Below, in pieces: positions 22,801 to 35,270 of a stretch of DNA of 64,000 bases (the stretch's first letter is position 1; every line of letters begins with the position of its first letter). Under the pieces are notes generated by a model, which was not told where the DNA came from, made no database searches, and saw nothing but the letters and a program-made list of their open reading frames with translations. The stretch lies in assembly GCA_002633005.1 (NCBI GenBank), contig NMRA01000172.1, positions 3,825 to 67,824 of the forward strand. Reading direction: 5' to 3'. The DNA is from Phoronis australis (taxonomy: Eukaryota; Animalia; Phoronida). The position numbers and the translations under genes were made by a program.

Positions 22801-25800
22801 TTCGTAACAAATTTGTTGTATTTAAAATAGTCTTCAATTGCCCAAAAGACCAAATTCGTTTTTTGTGTTGGCAATAATGAAGCGATTGCTTTGGAAATCG
22901 TCTTTTAAGTTAAGGTTTGACAAAGAAAGAATTATGAGTTTCTGAGTGATTCACTAAAGCTTCGATTAAAATTGACATCTTACCAGCAGCTTCTGTTTTT
23001 TCACAATCACTCAAATTCCAGTTTTTTTAAAAAATGCACAGTGGAGCAGACGACAGAAACGGAGTCGTAGTGCCCAGCGCCACTGCCGGTCGCCTGAGAT
23101 ATCGCGGAGAGCCTATACTTAGCCATAGTTCCGTTACGATTGTGCCGTGTTCCGAATTTGACACTTGAAATTGGATCTGAGCCCCCCCCCCCCAAAAAAA
23201 AAAAAATTTCAGGTGTCGGGGTTAAACCGTGGCAACCGATATAGGCGTGGGCCAGGGACAGTCGAGAAAAGAAAGACAGCGAAATACGTCGGATGAGAGA
23301 GAAAATTCAAAAAATATTTAACAACTCTACATCAGTGCATGGTTTACCTTTGAGGACCCTGGCCAGGACATTGTCGTTAGGGTCTCCGCTTTTGCAGCAA
23401 ACGCGCTTGAAAATGTCGCACAAAAAATCGAGAAATTTTGTAAAGCGGAGCGTACTAATTTACTGGATTTTTAAATTCAATAAGTCAATTTTGGGGGGTG
23501 CAAAACTANCCCCCCCCCCCCTAAATCCGCCTATGTAGGTACATGTACATTAGTTGGTGTGTATTTAGATATAGTTACATGTAGGTAGATCACATTCGTT
23601 AAAACAGTGCCAGTAGACAAACAAACACCTAAGTGCAGCGAAATATGTAATTGAATTCAAACACAAACTCGTGATACAAAAGCGGGAGAATCAGACGACT
23701 CGACAGGGGTCGCACAAACGTATGTGCCACAACAATAACAAACTAACTAATAATTGGCGCAATACCCTCTTCCTTTTCTTCTAACTCAATGACTGGAAGG
23801 ATAGAAAGAAATTCACTTGTATAGGAAAAATGGTGTGCAAAACTTAAGATACAACTATTAAACAAGAGTCTGGATTTACTGAGAATTCAGAGTCCGCCAA
23901 GTAAAAGTTACTCTTAGAGTACACTAAAAAAGTTCAACATCATAGTCCTTAAGTATAAAGGTGGCCGTCGAACACGTTTTGGTCTGGTGCTGACGCAGGT
24001 CGGTTCTGCCAGTGGAGTGAAATGGGAATCATCGACAGCAGACTGCGCAATCTCCAGGTTTGTGGGTTGAGGGTGAATTGGTTCTGCAGGTAACTCATGG
24101 TGTTTGTCGTCATCTAATCTGTCGTTATCAAGTGGGCGTACTAACTCCGTAGGAGACTCAGGCGGGGGGTCTGGTGGTTCCACATCATCCATGTAGTCAA
24201 CGTAAGTCTTACTTGGAGGAGGAACAACGGATGTCTGCGACGGCACGTGGTAACAGTCGGACAGTTTAACCTTGTAGGATGTGGCTCTTAGTTGGGAACC
24301 AATAAATTTATGAATAAAGCACCACTCGCCAATAATGCTGGTAACCAGGTAACGATCTCGAATGCAAGACTTGGTACCATCGACATACAAGTAAACAAGG
24401 TCACCGAGATGGATTGGCAAAGTATGGACATCGACATATTCTTTGTTGTTACACCTTTCACTATAGCCATGGTTAACCTCTCGCTGACCGTGTTTCTCCA
24501 AGATATATTCCCTATCAACTACAGGAATTTGGGCGTGGGTGAACTGACAGCGTTAGGTCCAAAATTCATGAGATGAGAGATCCTGACTACGGATGCGAAA
24601 GTTAAGACGAGCAGTAGCAATGCTGAGACCAAGATCACCGACAGGACCTCCTCCAGGTTCGTGCCGCAACAGTTCTTGTTCTAACTCGGCAACTGGGTTC
24701 TTGTTTGGGTTCTTCACTCTTTCACCTTCAATGGAAAGACCGAGGAGGTTGAGATGCTGGTCCCCTTGTAAAGACACAAAACCAGGAGCGGGATCAACAC
24801 GTATGACCGCGTTAGATCCGCCGATAGGGTGTAGGTTAAGAGCTAATCTAGCCAGGCTATCGCGAAGAGTGTCACGCTTCTCGTCGGGTAACAGGCCAGT
24901 GGCTGTATAGGAAGTTACACATTCCCTTAGAACTAAGATGTTTTGACGTGAACGTTTTATAATATCTGCAGCAAATGACAGGCCGATTGCCTCCGGAGAG
25001 TCCTCCGACGTCTGGGTTACCAAAGGGGCGGGAAGCCCTTGTAGGGCTGAGCAAGGATGAAAAGACTTGGTCACGGAACGTATGGCTTCTGACAAATCAA
25101 GTGCATAAAATTGACGTTTCATATCCATACACAACTGGTGCGCGGAAGGATGATCAAGTTTGATGTGAAGAGCAGTGATCACTACCGTCAAGTACAGAAC
25201 GTGGCACTACAATCAGCTCAGCGCTGGGAAGGAGTGCTTGGTTATTCTTAATCAATTATTCTTAACCAATAAAAGACCATCGCGCGATATGGTGCCAACT
25301 TTCAAGTAAGGCTTGACGTCTCTCAAATTCTTCGTAAGTTTTTGGAAGGTCTCGTATGTTGCTTCAAGTGGGAGTGAACACAACGCAGGTCAGGGCATTC
25401 TGATTGAGTACTCAACCAAACTGTACGGCTTGTGAAAGGAAGTCCTTTCAGATTACTCAGAATATCTTGGACGGATACCTGACGAACAACAGAGTCTTCT
25501 GTGAGGGCGATGAAGCTGCAAATCTGACACCTAGGTTCGTAGCATGGTGGGACGTTTCTACTGGCAAAGTAGGACGAAAGGTTAGCAGTGCTGGCGAGGT
25601 GTCTGACGGAAACCTGGAATCCGCTTACTGTGGACAAAAATGCAGTTACTCTTGGACTTGCAGAGAACTCACCTCGGGAAAGCTTGTCGTTAGCTTGAAC
25701 GCAGGGCTTAGTATCAGTCAAGACGCAAGCTTTGTGGAATGACTGTACAATGTAAGGACTGAAATGTTTGATGGCAGCTGCGATGCTGAGAGCCTCGGTC

Positions 25801-28800
25801 TCACAAGGTAATCATGTAACTTGGTGTTGTCGTAACTTGGCACTGAAGAAACCGGCAAGCAGAGTCTTGTTACCACGTGACAAGTAAAGGGTAACACCAA
25901 TACCCTGCTTAGAGACTGAACCATCTGTCATCAGGTCGAGGTAAGGTGATTGACTTTCTATGGGAGACAGCTGTTTTGGCAGCACTGAAGTGTTGATGTA
26001 ATTCATCGGACCAATTCACCTTACCACAGGAGTCTAAACCAGCGATTACTCTATCTAGGGGAGCTAAAAGCTGGGAGCAATGAGGAAGGACGCGGCCTAG
26101 CATTTTACAGGCACCAATGAAGGATCTCATCTGCTTCACATTGACAGGGAGCTCCTGCATGGCCAGGGTAGCCATGCGGTATGGACTAGCTGAGAATCCT
26201 CTCTGTGTCCATATCCATCCAAGTATGGTCGAGGACTTAGGGCAAATAATGGTTTTGGAGGAAGACAACTTGAGATCACACGCGTGCACGGCATGGAGAA
26301 CTCGTTTCCAGTTAGAGGCAAGTTCCTCTGGGGACTCACCGCCACAATAGATGTCATCGGCAAGTTTGACTAACATGCCCTCCTGAAGGAAATCGCCAAG
26401 GACACGACACATTAACTCTTCAAGAGCAGTCTCGGAACCAGGCATGCGCATTGCCGATCTGGTATACACCCGGATGCCACGAGAGGGGGTCGCGACACCG
26501 TAGTATTTCATCGACGACTTAGACAATGGAATCTGGTAAAATGCACGTGTGAGGTCAGACACCACTATGTACTTCCACTGAGCTATCTTCCGCAATGTAG
26601 AATCCACGACTGTCAGTAGTGAAGCATCGGGATACCCACAGAGCACTGTGGCACCAAAGAAAATTGGTTACCTTTTCATGCCCAAAAAAGCTCTGGGATC
26701 CCGGTCTATATACAAACGTGTTGTTTTATTTCGCTGTTACGGATTGGACACACCGTAGCCTAAAAAGTTTGGCAGGTCAATTTTCCAAGGTCCGTAGCAG
26801 GAGTTTGGGGTCTGTTCGGAGATAATTCAAATTATTCTCCCATGGAATACAGACAGGAGACCCTAGATCTGTGTTGTTTAGACTTGTGAATTTTTGAGTT
26901 CTAAAAACACAAAACAATTGTTATCCAGGCCAGTGGCTCGGAACCCAATCAGGCCCGTCGCGACCGGACTGACTCGTTATCCCGGCCCGCGGAACCCGAT
27001 CAGGCCCGTCGCGGCCGCCTGGACTGGCACGAACATAAACCAGCTTGAGTTGGAAACTAAACCTCCAGCCACGAAAAGACTATAATAGTGAGCCAAAGGA
27101 ACACGTAATTATTTATGTGAATTTGCCACGAAACTGAAAATCTACTTACTTGTCGGGGGCCGCAAAGTCAGGTTCCCCTTGCACAGACCGTCAGGGCAAA
27201 GGTTGTACAGTAACAATGATTTGAATAATGTATTTGTATTTCTAAATAAAGATCCCCCTAACATGTGACCATAGCATATAAAATCGAGTAATTGTTTCAC
27301 AACAGTTTTCAGTCAGTAAACACTGAATTAGCATGCGCTCACACGGCTCGGTGCCCGGTCAATTACCTTTATTGCCGGCATCAAAAGCCGGTAACGCAGT
27401 GGTATATTCATAGCTGGCTTCTCAACATTTGCACTCACGAATACTGCAAACGCATTACAAATTGTATCTAATGAGACAGGATTTGTTTCAGTTCTATACA
27501 AGTATTGGTTAGGATGAGAATAATTCATTTTGAAACAGAGCGCAGAAAATAAACGTCTACATGGCAACTCGTACGGCGCCAATCCCGACTTAGTCAAGAG
27601 CTCATCCGACGAAGACTTCACGGGTCGGGTCGTTAGGTTTCAAAGGCTATCAGTTCGAACCGGAATACACTGATCAAGAAATACTAGAGAGGCACCGTGA
27701 ACATACATAGGCAACGGAACGTATGGATAGTTCTTTGGTAAGCCGGAATTCGTCAGAGAATACCGGCCACAGACACGGAGATGTTTCACGGCCTCATATT
27801 TGCTATGAACAGCGTACCTTTCATTCTTCACTACTGCGAGCCACTTCCTAAGCATTTCGAGCTGTCGAGGAAGTCGAAAAAATGATATACCCGCTTTCTT
27901 CGCAGCTTCATATTTCGGACAAGCAGAAATGATGCATCGCAATACAGAAGCATTCACTCTACAGACGAACCACTGACGTCGCTGCGTCGTTTCTCACCTC
28001 CCTTACGGGTTAACGCGACAGCTGTCGGCAAGGTGAGGTCGACCGTATGAGAGGCGATGTGGATATAGACCGATTAAGACGGTAAAAAGACTAATTTAAT
28101 CGGGTGGCATTCTCCTTTAAGTCTTCTAAGTTAAAAGCAAGAACCAACAAAATCTTTCATGGCTCTCAATGTCACAAATTGGACATTGTGGTCCTTGGTG
28201 GGTGGTCTTTTCCCACCAGTTGCCTGTAATTCGTTGAAAGCGTAGGTTGTGCATGCAGGTTTAGCAGACTTTGAAAGGAGTTTTCAACATTTCCTCCAAA
28301 CTTTTGAGGGTTGTCGAGATTACAGGCTAACATTTTCTTTCAGAGAAACCAAACCCGGATTTGGTATATTTTAAGTCTCTTATCGCAGGGGATTATCGGC
28401 GCAGCTGGTGGCAAGTTCTCTATTTTGAAAGTACTATACTTTGATAGAGTCATGGAATTGGGGGAATGGTGCCAAAAGTTTTAGGCTTATATTGATTGAC
28501 GTTTGCACATGCGCAAATGTGAAACACATTCTAGGGATAATTCGAGGCTACGAAAATGCCCGAGATCAGTGTTCCGCTTGGTAATATTTTATTTTGAGCG
28601 CGTGCTCGCTGAGGCGAGTATAGATTTGTCGCCACACAAAGTGTGAGGTCCCATTGGCTACGTGCATGTTGCCAAAATAACTCGTGTATAATCCGTCTAG
28701 CCAATGGACAAAAGACCAACAGATATTTTTGAATTTAGGATAACTCTGAACAGTAAATAGTCAAAGTGTGAGTGGTAAGGATCGTAAAAGTAACATTTGT

Positions 28801-31311
28801 AGTGACAGTTAACCGCGATAACGTTGATTGAGTGTTAGTAGATGGTACTGAGAAAACGAAGGGGTCTATTCATATGTTAATGATTGCAGATAATTGTCGA
28901 TTTCAAATAAGGGAGTGGCTGGTGATAACCATGATGTTTTTAATAAACTATTATTGGAAAGGAGAACTGCATGCATGACTATCAGAATCTGGTGGATTTT
29001 ATAACTTTTCTTATGAAGTAGGATACCTCTACCCGAGATAATAAATTGCAGAAGTGGAAGCAGGTTCAGTGACTTGCCAGAATCTGGGACTCAGTGGAGA
29101 CTTCCGTGACTGAAGGAGTGAGAGGGAAATTACCCAAACCCCGGAAGCAAGAGGGAAGCCATTTTGATAATAGATAATATTTAGTTAGCAATAGATTCTG
29201 TGAAACGATGAGACTCCACCTCATCCAAATCAAATTTAAAGTCATGTTCGCGAAGACGTCTACGCTGATACTCGCCGGTCGAGTTTGGGCAACTGAACTG
29301 GTAAGCTAACCTTAAAATCCGCCTCCTATCTTCAAAGAAACAATGCAGTTGTAGGTAATTACACCGCATGAATAGGTTGCTGATCTTATCATTCTAGTTT
29401 GGCTAACTTGTTTATTTTTTATTCTACACTGGGACAAGCAACAGATAGAATTCGGTTTCTCATTAATTCTCTGATGGATACAGCTTTAAGAGCTTAAAAA
29501 TGCCAATTTCACTTCAAGAAACACTAAATAACAACCCCACCAGTGGATCAAATGTCAAATTAGAACACCTGCAAAACTATCTGACGATATGTAAATAATC
29601 TGTACTCAAGTTACGCTCATTTATTGGAAGATACGTGCTACGTTGAATAGGGACAACCTATCACATCATAAGCTATCTCCGTTGTATTTAGGGCTAAAAA
29701 TCGTCAGATATTGTTGCGCACTTTTCCTTGGTTTTCATATAACAGAGGATGGTGAGGCGTTGAGTTGGTGGTGGCTGTTATAACCTAGTATTTGAGCACG
29801 CTTTTCACTTTCCCGGGAGACATCATACAAGAGCTGATACCGCACATGTTTGCACAAGGTACTCGCGTGTTGGTGGACATGACACACTGACGCTGGGTAT
29901 GTTCATAAGTCACACTAATGCCGTGGAGCTAAGAAGTTTTCAGTTGAAGTCGCTTTTCTTCTTTTTCCCGTGTTTAGCATATTGAATTCACGGTTGTGAT
30001 ATGCAGTGCTAGAAAGTAAGGTTTAATGATCCTGACAATATAGACATCTGTCGAAACGAGGTAAATGGTGGTTTTAATCACTTAATAGGCAATACCAAGG
30101 CCCATAAACTAGTAAGCAGCGGTTGGATTGTGAGCTAAGTGTTATAGTGCACTTCTCGGAATGTTGCCGGAAATAACCTGGCATTTTTATATGCTTTCAG
30201 AAAAGTATTTGACATATGGATCATGTTCAATTTTTCTACATAATAATAAAAGAAACACATTCCATCGAAGGAAACGAGAGGTCTTCGAGATCTAAGAAAT
30301 CTAAAAGGTAATCCAGCTGACCAGTTTTAATTGTTAGAGCACAATTCTGTTCGTACCTTTGAAGATTCTGGAGTTTGAAGTACGTACTCTTGTGTGACAT
30401 TCTTCAAATAGGCCACCCTTGTACTCTCCTGACTGTCTCCGGGAATGCCTAGCTGTTCGTGGATATAACCCCCGACCATAGTTTCGAAGTCGGAGAAACT
30501 ACAAGTCGCATTCACCTGTTTTAGAACATTAACTTTAATAGAGACGTTTTGTGATATTTCCCTGAACTTGCATCGTCCAAATTGGAGGTTTGTTGTACGA
30601 CAGTTGAATTTAACTTATTCAAGGGATGCTGACGCCCTGGTGTAATTTCATAATTATGTATCTTGCAGGCCGTTTTATCGCCTGAAAGCTAATTTAGAGT
30701 TTTGCGTTAGTTTCATGAGTACATAGCATAGATGCAAACACGCTAAGTGTGAAAGTTTGTGAACTACGTGCGCATTTGTTAAAAATGATTTTGACGAGAA
30801 AAGTTCATCCTTTTTTATCTTCGCTTTAGTTATGTGGCTCACTGTAAAAACAAACGCCTACCTCAACACAAATTCCTGTATTACGTAAAACGGAAGTAAC
30901 TGAACTTGTTATTTTTGTATTGAGCGCCGTAGTATTTACTGATTTCAGTAATGAAACACTCACTTCAATATTTTTCGCATTTAACCACTTGATTATTCCT
31001 GTCCCAATTTCTTCAAACGATAAATCGTCCAGTTTTTCATAAATCAAGCCGTCTACATTAAACTCGTCGATGACTCCCATACATTTCATCTTCTCGCACC
31101 AGTAGCGACTGACTTCGGTACGTCTTAGCACCACACATAAACGCTTCAGTCCCATCTTCTTTACAGGAACCCAGAAGGAATTTTGAAGTTCGTCTTCTGT
31201 AGTCACATTCAACTTGGCGCCCATGCATAGAAGGGTTTTATCAGCCAAAGGCCCATGCGGTAAGCACTTATCAGGCGGATCCCTGCAGAAATAAGTTGTA
31301 TGCCTATTCAT
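19897..31311 (-). CDS. CARNS1-like: Divergent ATP-grasp ligase resembling the C-terminal half of carnosine synthase (~474 aa; start codon uncertain)
   Basis: Exons 31311-30964, 30515-30357, 22070-21852 and 20595-19897, all joined by phase-0 GT-AG introns. Motifs [66 protein letters not shown]. Confidence 0.82.
22395..23535. mobile_element. Non-autonomous DNA transposon with a 5-bp TSD (hAT5-like by inference)
   Basis: Termini CAGTGGCGGATCTAG ... CTAAATCCGCCTATG. TAGGT duplicated at 22390-22394 and 23536-23540. Second copy begins at 40434. Confidence 0.85.
23608..26612 (-). mobile_element. 5'-truncated, frameshifted Troyka-like LTR retrotransposon (RT, RNase H, integrase, PPT, 3' LTR)
   Basis: RT motifs [33 protein letters not shown]; RNase [15 protein letters not shown]; integrase [41 protein letters not shown] at 23782-23765. 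LTR 23759-23608 reads CGCCA...TACTGGCA. Confidence 0.9.
27330..28116 (-). mobile_element. Kolobok-like DNA transposon end with a THAP-domain ORF (27640-27957)
   Basis: TTAA (28117-28120) abuts an AGGAGAA terminus on -. THAP signature CIISAC...FFRLP...KW...RVC, with the final His replaced by Tyr. Homologous to 3709-4500. Confidence 0.72.
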
Positions 31312-32959
31312 GCAATTGCTGAATCCAGCAAAAAAAAACAGTGGCAATCACGAAGACGACGACAACGGTGGTGGCAAGGAAGCTAGAATTGTTAAAGTGG
31401 CTACTATAATAAATGGCGTCCCTTCCAAGAAGCAACTTCTTTAGACCACTAATTAGGCCTATTGCTATAAAATTGGTCGCAACGTGTTCAAGTGATTTTT
31501 CAGGTGGTTGAGACCATGGTCGGCGCATAAAATGACACACCAGGATAAACCTACTGTTCTCAGGCAACGAACTGTCACATCTTTCGCCAAGCTCCGAAAT
31601 AGTCTTCAGTTTGACGAAGGAACAGTTTCAGATCAATCAATAAACGGAATTAAAAGTTGGTTTAGTTTAGAAAGCGAGTGCCGCGTTACGTGTAGCCTAC
31701 ACATGAATTATACTCATTCGTCTAGTGTGTTCAAACCATTAAAACGTATTCAAATTCATCCTAGGGAGGAGGGAGTTCTGCTCTCGGGTAAGACATATGT
31801 TAATCTTTCATATATGTACGGAATTTCGTAGTCAGTAAAAACGAGAGACAAAACTCCGGCGAAAAAACAACTATTGAAAGTATGGTTCTTGGACGTGGTC
31901 ATAAATTTAAGCTGTAAGATATCAACGCATCTTCTGTCGTAAAATCAGACACTTGTCGTTCTAAAACTGGTCTTAATTTGTTAATTGCTGAGTTCAGACA
32001 TGAAACCTAGCTAATGGCAGGCTCAGGTGTTCGTCTGAGCTAAGCCGGCATGGTCTCGAGTATCAATCAGTATACGCTATAACGGTAAGTGGCTTATAGT
32101 CTATAGCAAGTTTTGGACAGACAGCGAGTTTGGAATACCTTTAGTTTCATGAAACGGGCAAACGACTTCAAACTAGGCTGTACTCGTCCTATGAACCCCT
32201 GTCGGTATTCGAACAGGTGTAGATTGATGTGCACAGCGTACGAAGCCACCTTACACCATGTTTTGATGTTAAACATAACCTTTCTTTGTCAACAGAGGTA
32301 TTCCAAAGCGAGGTTATTGCGTCATTGTCACTCTGCCTAGGCAATTGTAACTATAACCTCCCGCTACACGCAATTACTATAATGAGCCTCATCTAACAAA
32401 AATAACTACCTCAAAGTTTCTCCTAAAGCTCGAACATTATTTCTAACCTAAGCAAGGAAGGTGAGACGAATTTCATACCAGTCGGTGGCCTTATTAAGTC
32501 AAAAGTTAGTTTTCTACTGAAGGTGCGGGTTCACTGCCTATTTAAGATTCAGAAGCGATTTGCATTCAAACATAATATAATTGTTCAGATTGACATCTTC
32601 TTTGAATCGTCTATTTCGTAAATCTACCGATAATACTTGAACCTGAAGAACTCACGTACATGCTCTCTTATCAGAAACACCACTGTCCCTCGCAACTTGC
32701 AACTGCTACTTATAGTAGTGTGTCGTTTTCGTTCATTCGGTCGACTGAAATAAGAACAAAGAAACCCTCATAGCCGGCCGCCATTTAATTCTGTTAATAA
32801 GTACGACGCTTCTGCCACCATTGTTTAATTTCATTAAGTAGAAATTAAATCTGAAATTATTGTTGGCGAAATGTAGAATATATGTATATGTCAATAAAAC
32901 AATAATAGAAATTTTCAGATATAATCACATCCTTTGTCACAAGTTAATAACGGCAAAAT

Positions 32960-33260
32960 GCGGGCACCGGCGACATCCCGTACTTGTTCGATTCTATAGC
33001 CCAACAACAAGTTGGGAAGTTTACCCCCATAGCCAATACCTTACATGACTGATTAAATCCATTCTGACATTTATGGTTGGAGGGCCTGCGCTCTTTTGTT
33101 CGATAATTGCTCTAATCTCCGATCAGATCCGGTATATAAACTGACTGGGCTGGGCTGATAAAAATGAAAGTTAGGTTATAACATATTTTAGTTTAAACCA
33201 ATAGCATTTCTGAATTCCTCGTCAAATGCTGATCATGTTCCGTTTGTGAATCACCCAACT
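32960..33260 (+). repeat. Dispersed repeat, second copy at ~40075-40410
   Basis: Shared ACTTGTTCGATTCTATAGCCCAACAACAA...CATTTATGGTTGGAGGG...AACCAATAGCATTTCTGAA. Confidence 0.7.
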
Positions 33261-33631
33261 ACAACAATCTATTCTGTCTAAACGGCCGCACTGGGTTTGA
33301 CTGTGTTCATGCGCATTCGGTAATAGCGTGCAATGCATACGTTTCCATTGAAGCCTGGGAGATAATTGGCCTGCTTGTTATCATACGGGACGAAAGACAG
33401 ATGGGCAGTTAACAAAAGAGCCAGATGTTATCGCACGTTCAGTACCCCTCACGTCTGGAAAATTTACTGAACGACAGAACGCTGTAATGCATTATACTCG
33501 TATGTTTACAATTTTTGGTTGAACGGGCGATTTTACTTCAGTGATCATAAATGAGAAGTGATTCTTTGACCTTGCAGGGACTAACTTCCAGTCCGTTATT
33601 CTGGAGAGACCACACCACTCGGCGAACAAAA

Positions 33632-34242
33632 TGGTACGCCGTGATAAGTCTCAAACGATAACGATCTGCCAAGCTCAGAAATTGCACCTCACTTTGACTG
33701 AGGAACGATCGTAACGGCAATAGGTCGAAATCAAAAATTGCTTTTTTGACGGAAGACGCGAAATTGAAGATGAAAGGCGTGTTGTAAAAAAAATGTACCT
33801 GGAGCGCACGGAATCGCAAATCACACGTGAATAGTGAGGAATTTTCATCTTTTTGACCTAATTGGCTTGGATATTGATTGACGTCATGATGGAAAGACAG
33901 AGTCGTAGTCATAGTTTAAAGAAACAATAGCAAATCGAGTATTTCATTTGTGTAGTTGTGTGTGATCGAGAGGCTTCTTATCGAATTCGTGACTCCGGAA
34001 CAAACCTCTTTCATATGCAAAAGCGAATCATAATCTTTGATCCGGGTATAAAAATTCCACTAAACCGATTTTTTTACCTTGCAAGGACTAATTGCCAGTC
34101 CATTATTTCTAGAGAGACCATACGCGGTGAATAAATTGCTACGCCGTGATAAGTCTCGAACAATAACGATCTTCCAAGCCCAGAAAGTGCACCTCACTTT
34201 GACTGAGGAACGATCGTAATGGCAATTGGTTGAAATCAAAAA
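33632..34242 (+). repeat. Local direct duplication (~33632-33738 and ~34140-34242)
   Basis: TACGCCGTGATAAGTCTC...GCACCTCACTTTGACTGAGGAACGATCGTAA occurs twice. Confidence 0.7.
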
Positions 34243-34848
34243 CTATCGTGATCTTTGGTCCAGGTATAAAAAAATCCACCAAACCGTAAGTCTGCATTAT
34301 CTAACAATAGTCATGCATCAGACTTTTTTCGGGGACCAACATTAAATTTTTCGCGATTTTGTAGGAGAATGCGAAGATGCGCGGCTTTGGGGCTTTTTGT
34401 TCCCCGATCAAAGATAACGATTCCTTTCGGTGTATAAAATCATACGTTTGGTTTAATTTAAACTTAAAGTCGTTTTCTTTGTCAAACTCGGTTCCAGCAA
34501 CTTTACCACTGTGCACCATTGGTTGGATTGCCGGGAGAACCACCTCCCGTTTTTACACATAAGGGAATCGTATGTGGTTTAGCTTAGTAAGCTGTTGTTT
34601 CTTGATGGTATTCACGTGGACATAGAGCACAGTGTGGCACACCCTGTCAATATATTGCCAATACTCTGTAAACGAAATGTTTACAGAGTAAAAGCAAGTA
34701 TTTTACTATAATGCCACAGTGAAATCACAGATTTTTAATTGAATTTGTTGCTACACTGAACAAGACAAGCAAAATTTGGTGATTTGTTTATTTACAAGGA
34801 TAATTAGCTACACTGTATAAGCAATAAGACTGGCATGTGAACATTTAA

Positions 34849-35199
34849 AGGGGCACTCCTTCTCATTTACTGCCTAACCATGAAAATGAGGAGGTAAGCC
34901 AAGCACATCAGTCACACTGAATTCAAAATTTGTCTTCGACACAATAACAACTAATTTCAATTATTAATTATAGGAGCTGAGAATTCACCAGCGACTGAGT
35001 TCAAGAGGTCCAATTATGAAAGAGCAAGTCAGCTATTTCAAAACTGACTGCATGACAATCTTTCCTACTTGCTTATGCCCTGAATGATCTATTAGGAGGT
35101 AAAGTTCCATCATAATATAAAATTTGGTCTGAGACATTCTTAGTATAATTAAGTAACCAAGTTGCAATTTAGGCAATGAGTAAAAAGAGAATGTCCCCT
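34849..35199. mobile_element. Old Kolobok-type MITE just downstream of the DYNLRB stop codon
   Basis: Starts TTAA|AGGGGCACTC and ends GAGAATGTCCCCT, with imperfect ~30-bp inverted ends. The right TSD is degenerate. Confidence 0.4.
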
Positions 35200-35270
35200 T
35201 CAGCTGTTAAGGATAATGCTTTTAAATAAAATAACACAGAATGTTTGGGAAACACATAAACATGAGAGAT

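Noticed and set aside
28780-29640. Possible degraded LINE endonuclease/RT remnants on the minus strand
   Set aside because: Only scattered few-residue resemblances with many stops; unsupported without a search.
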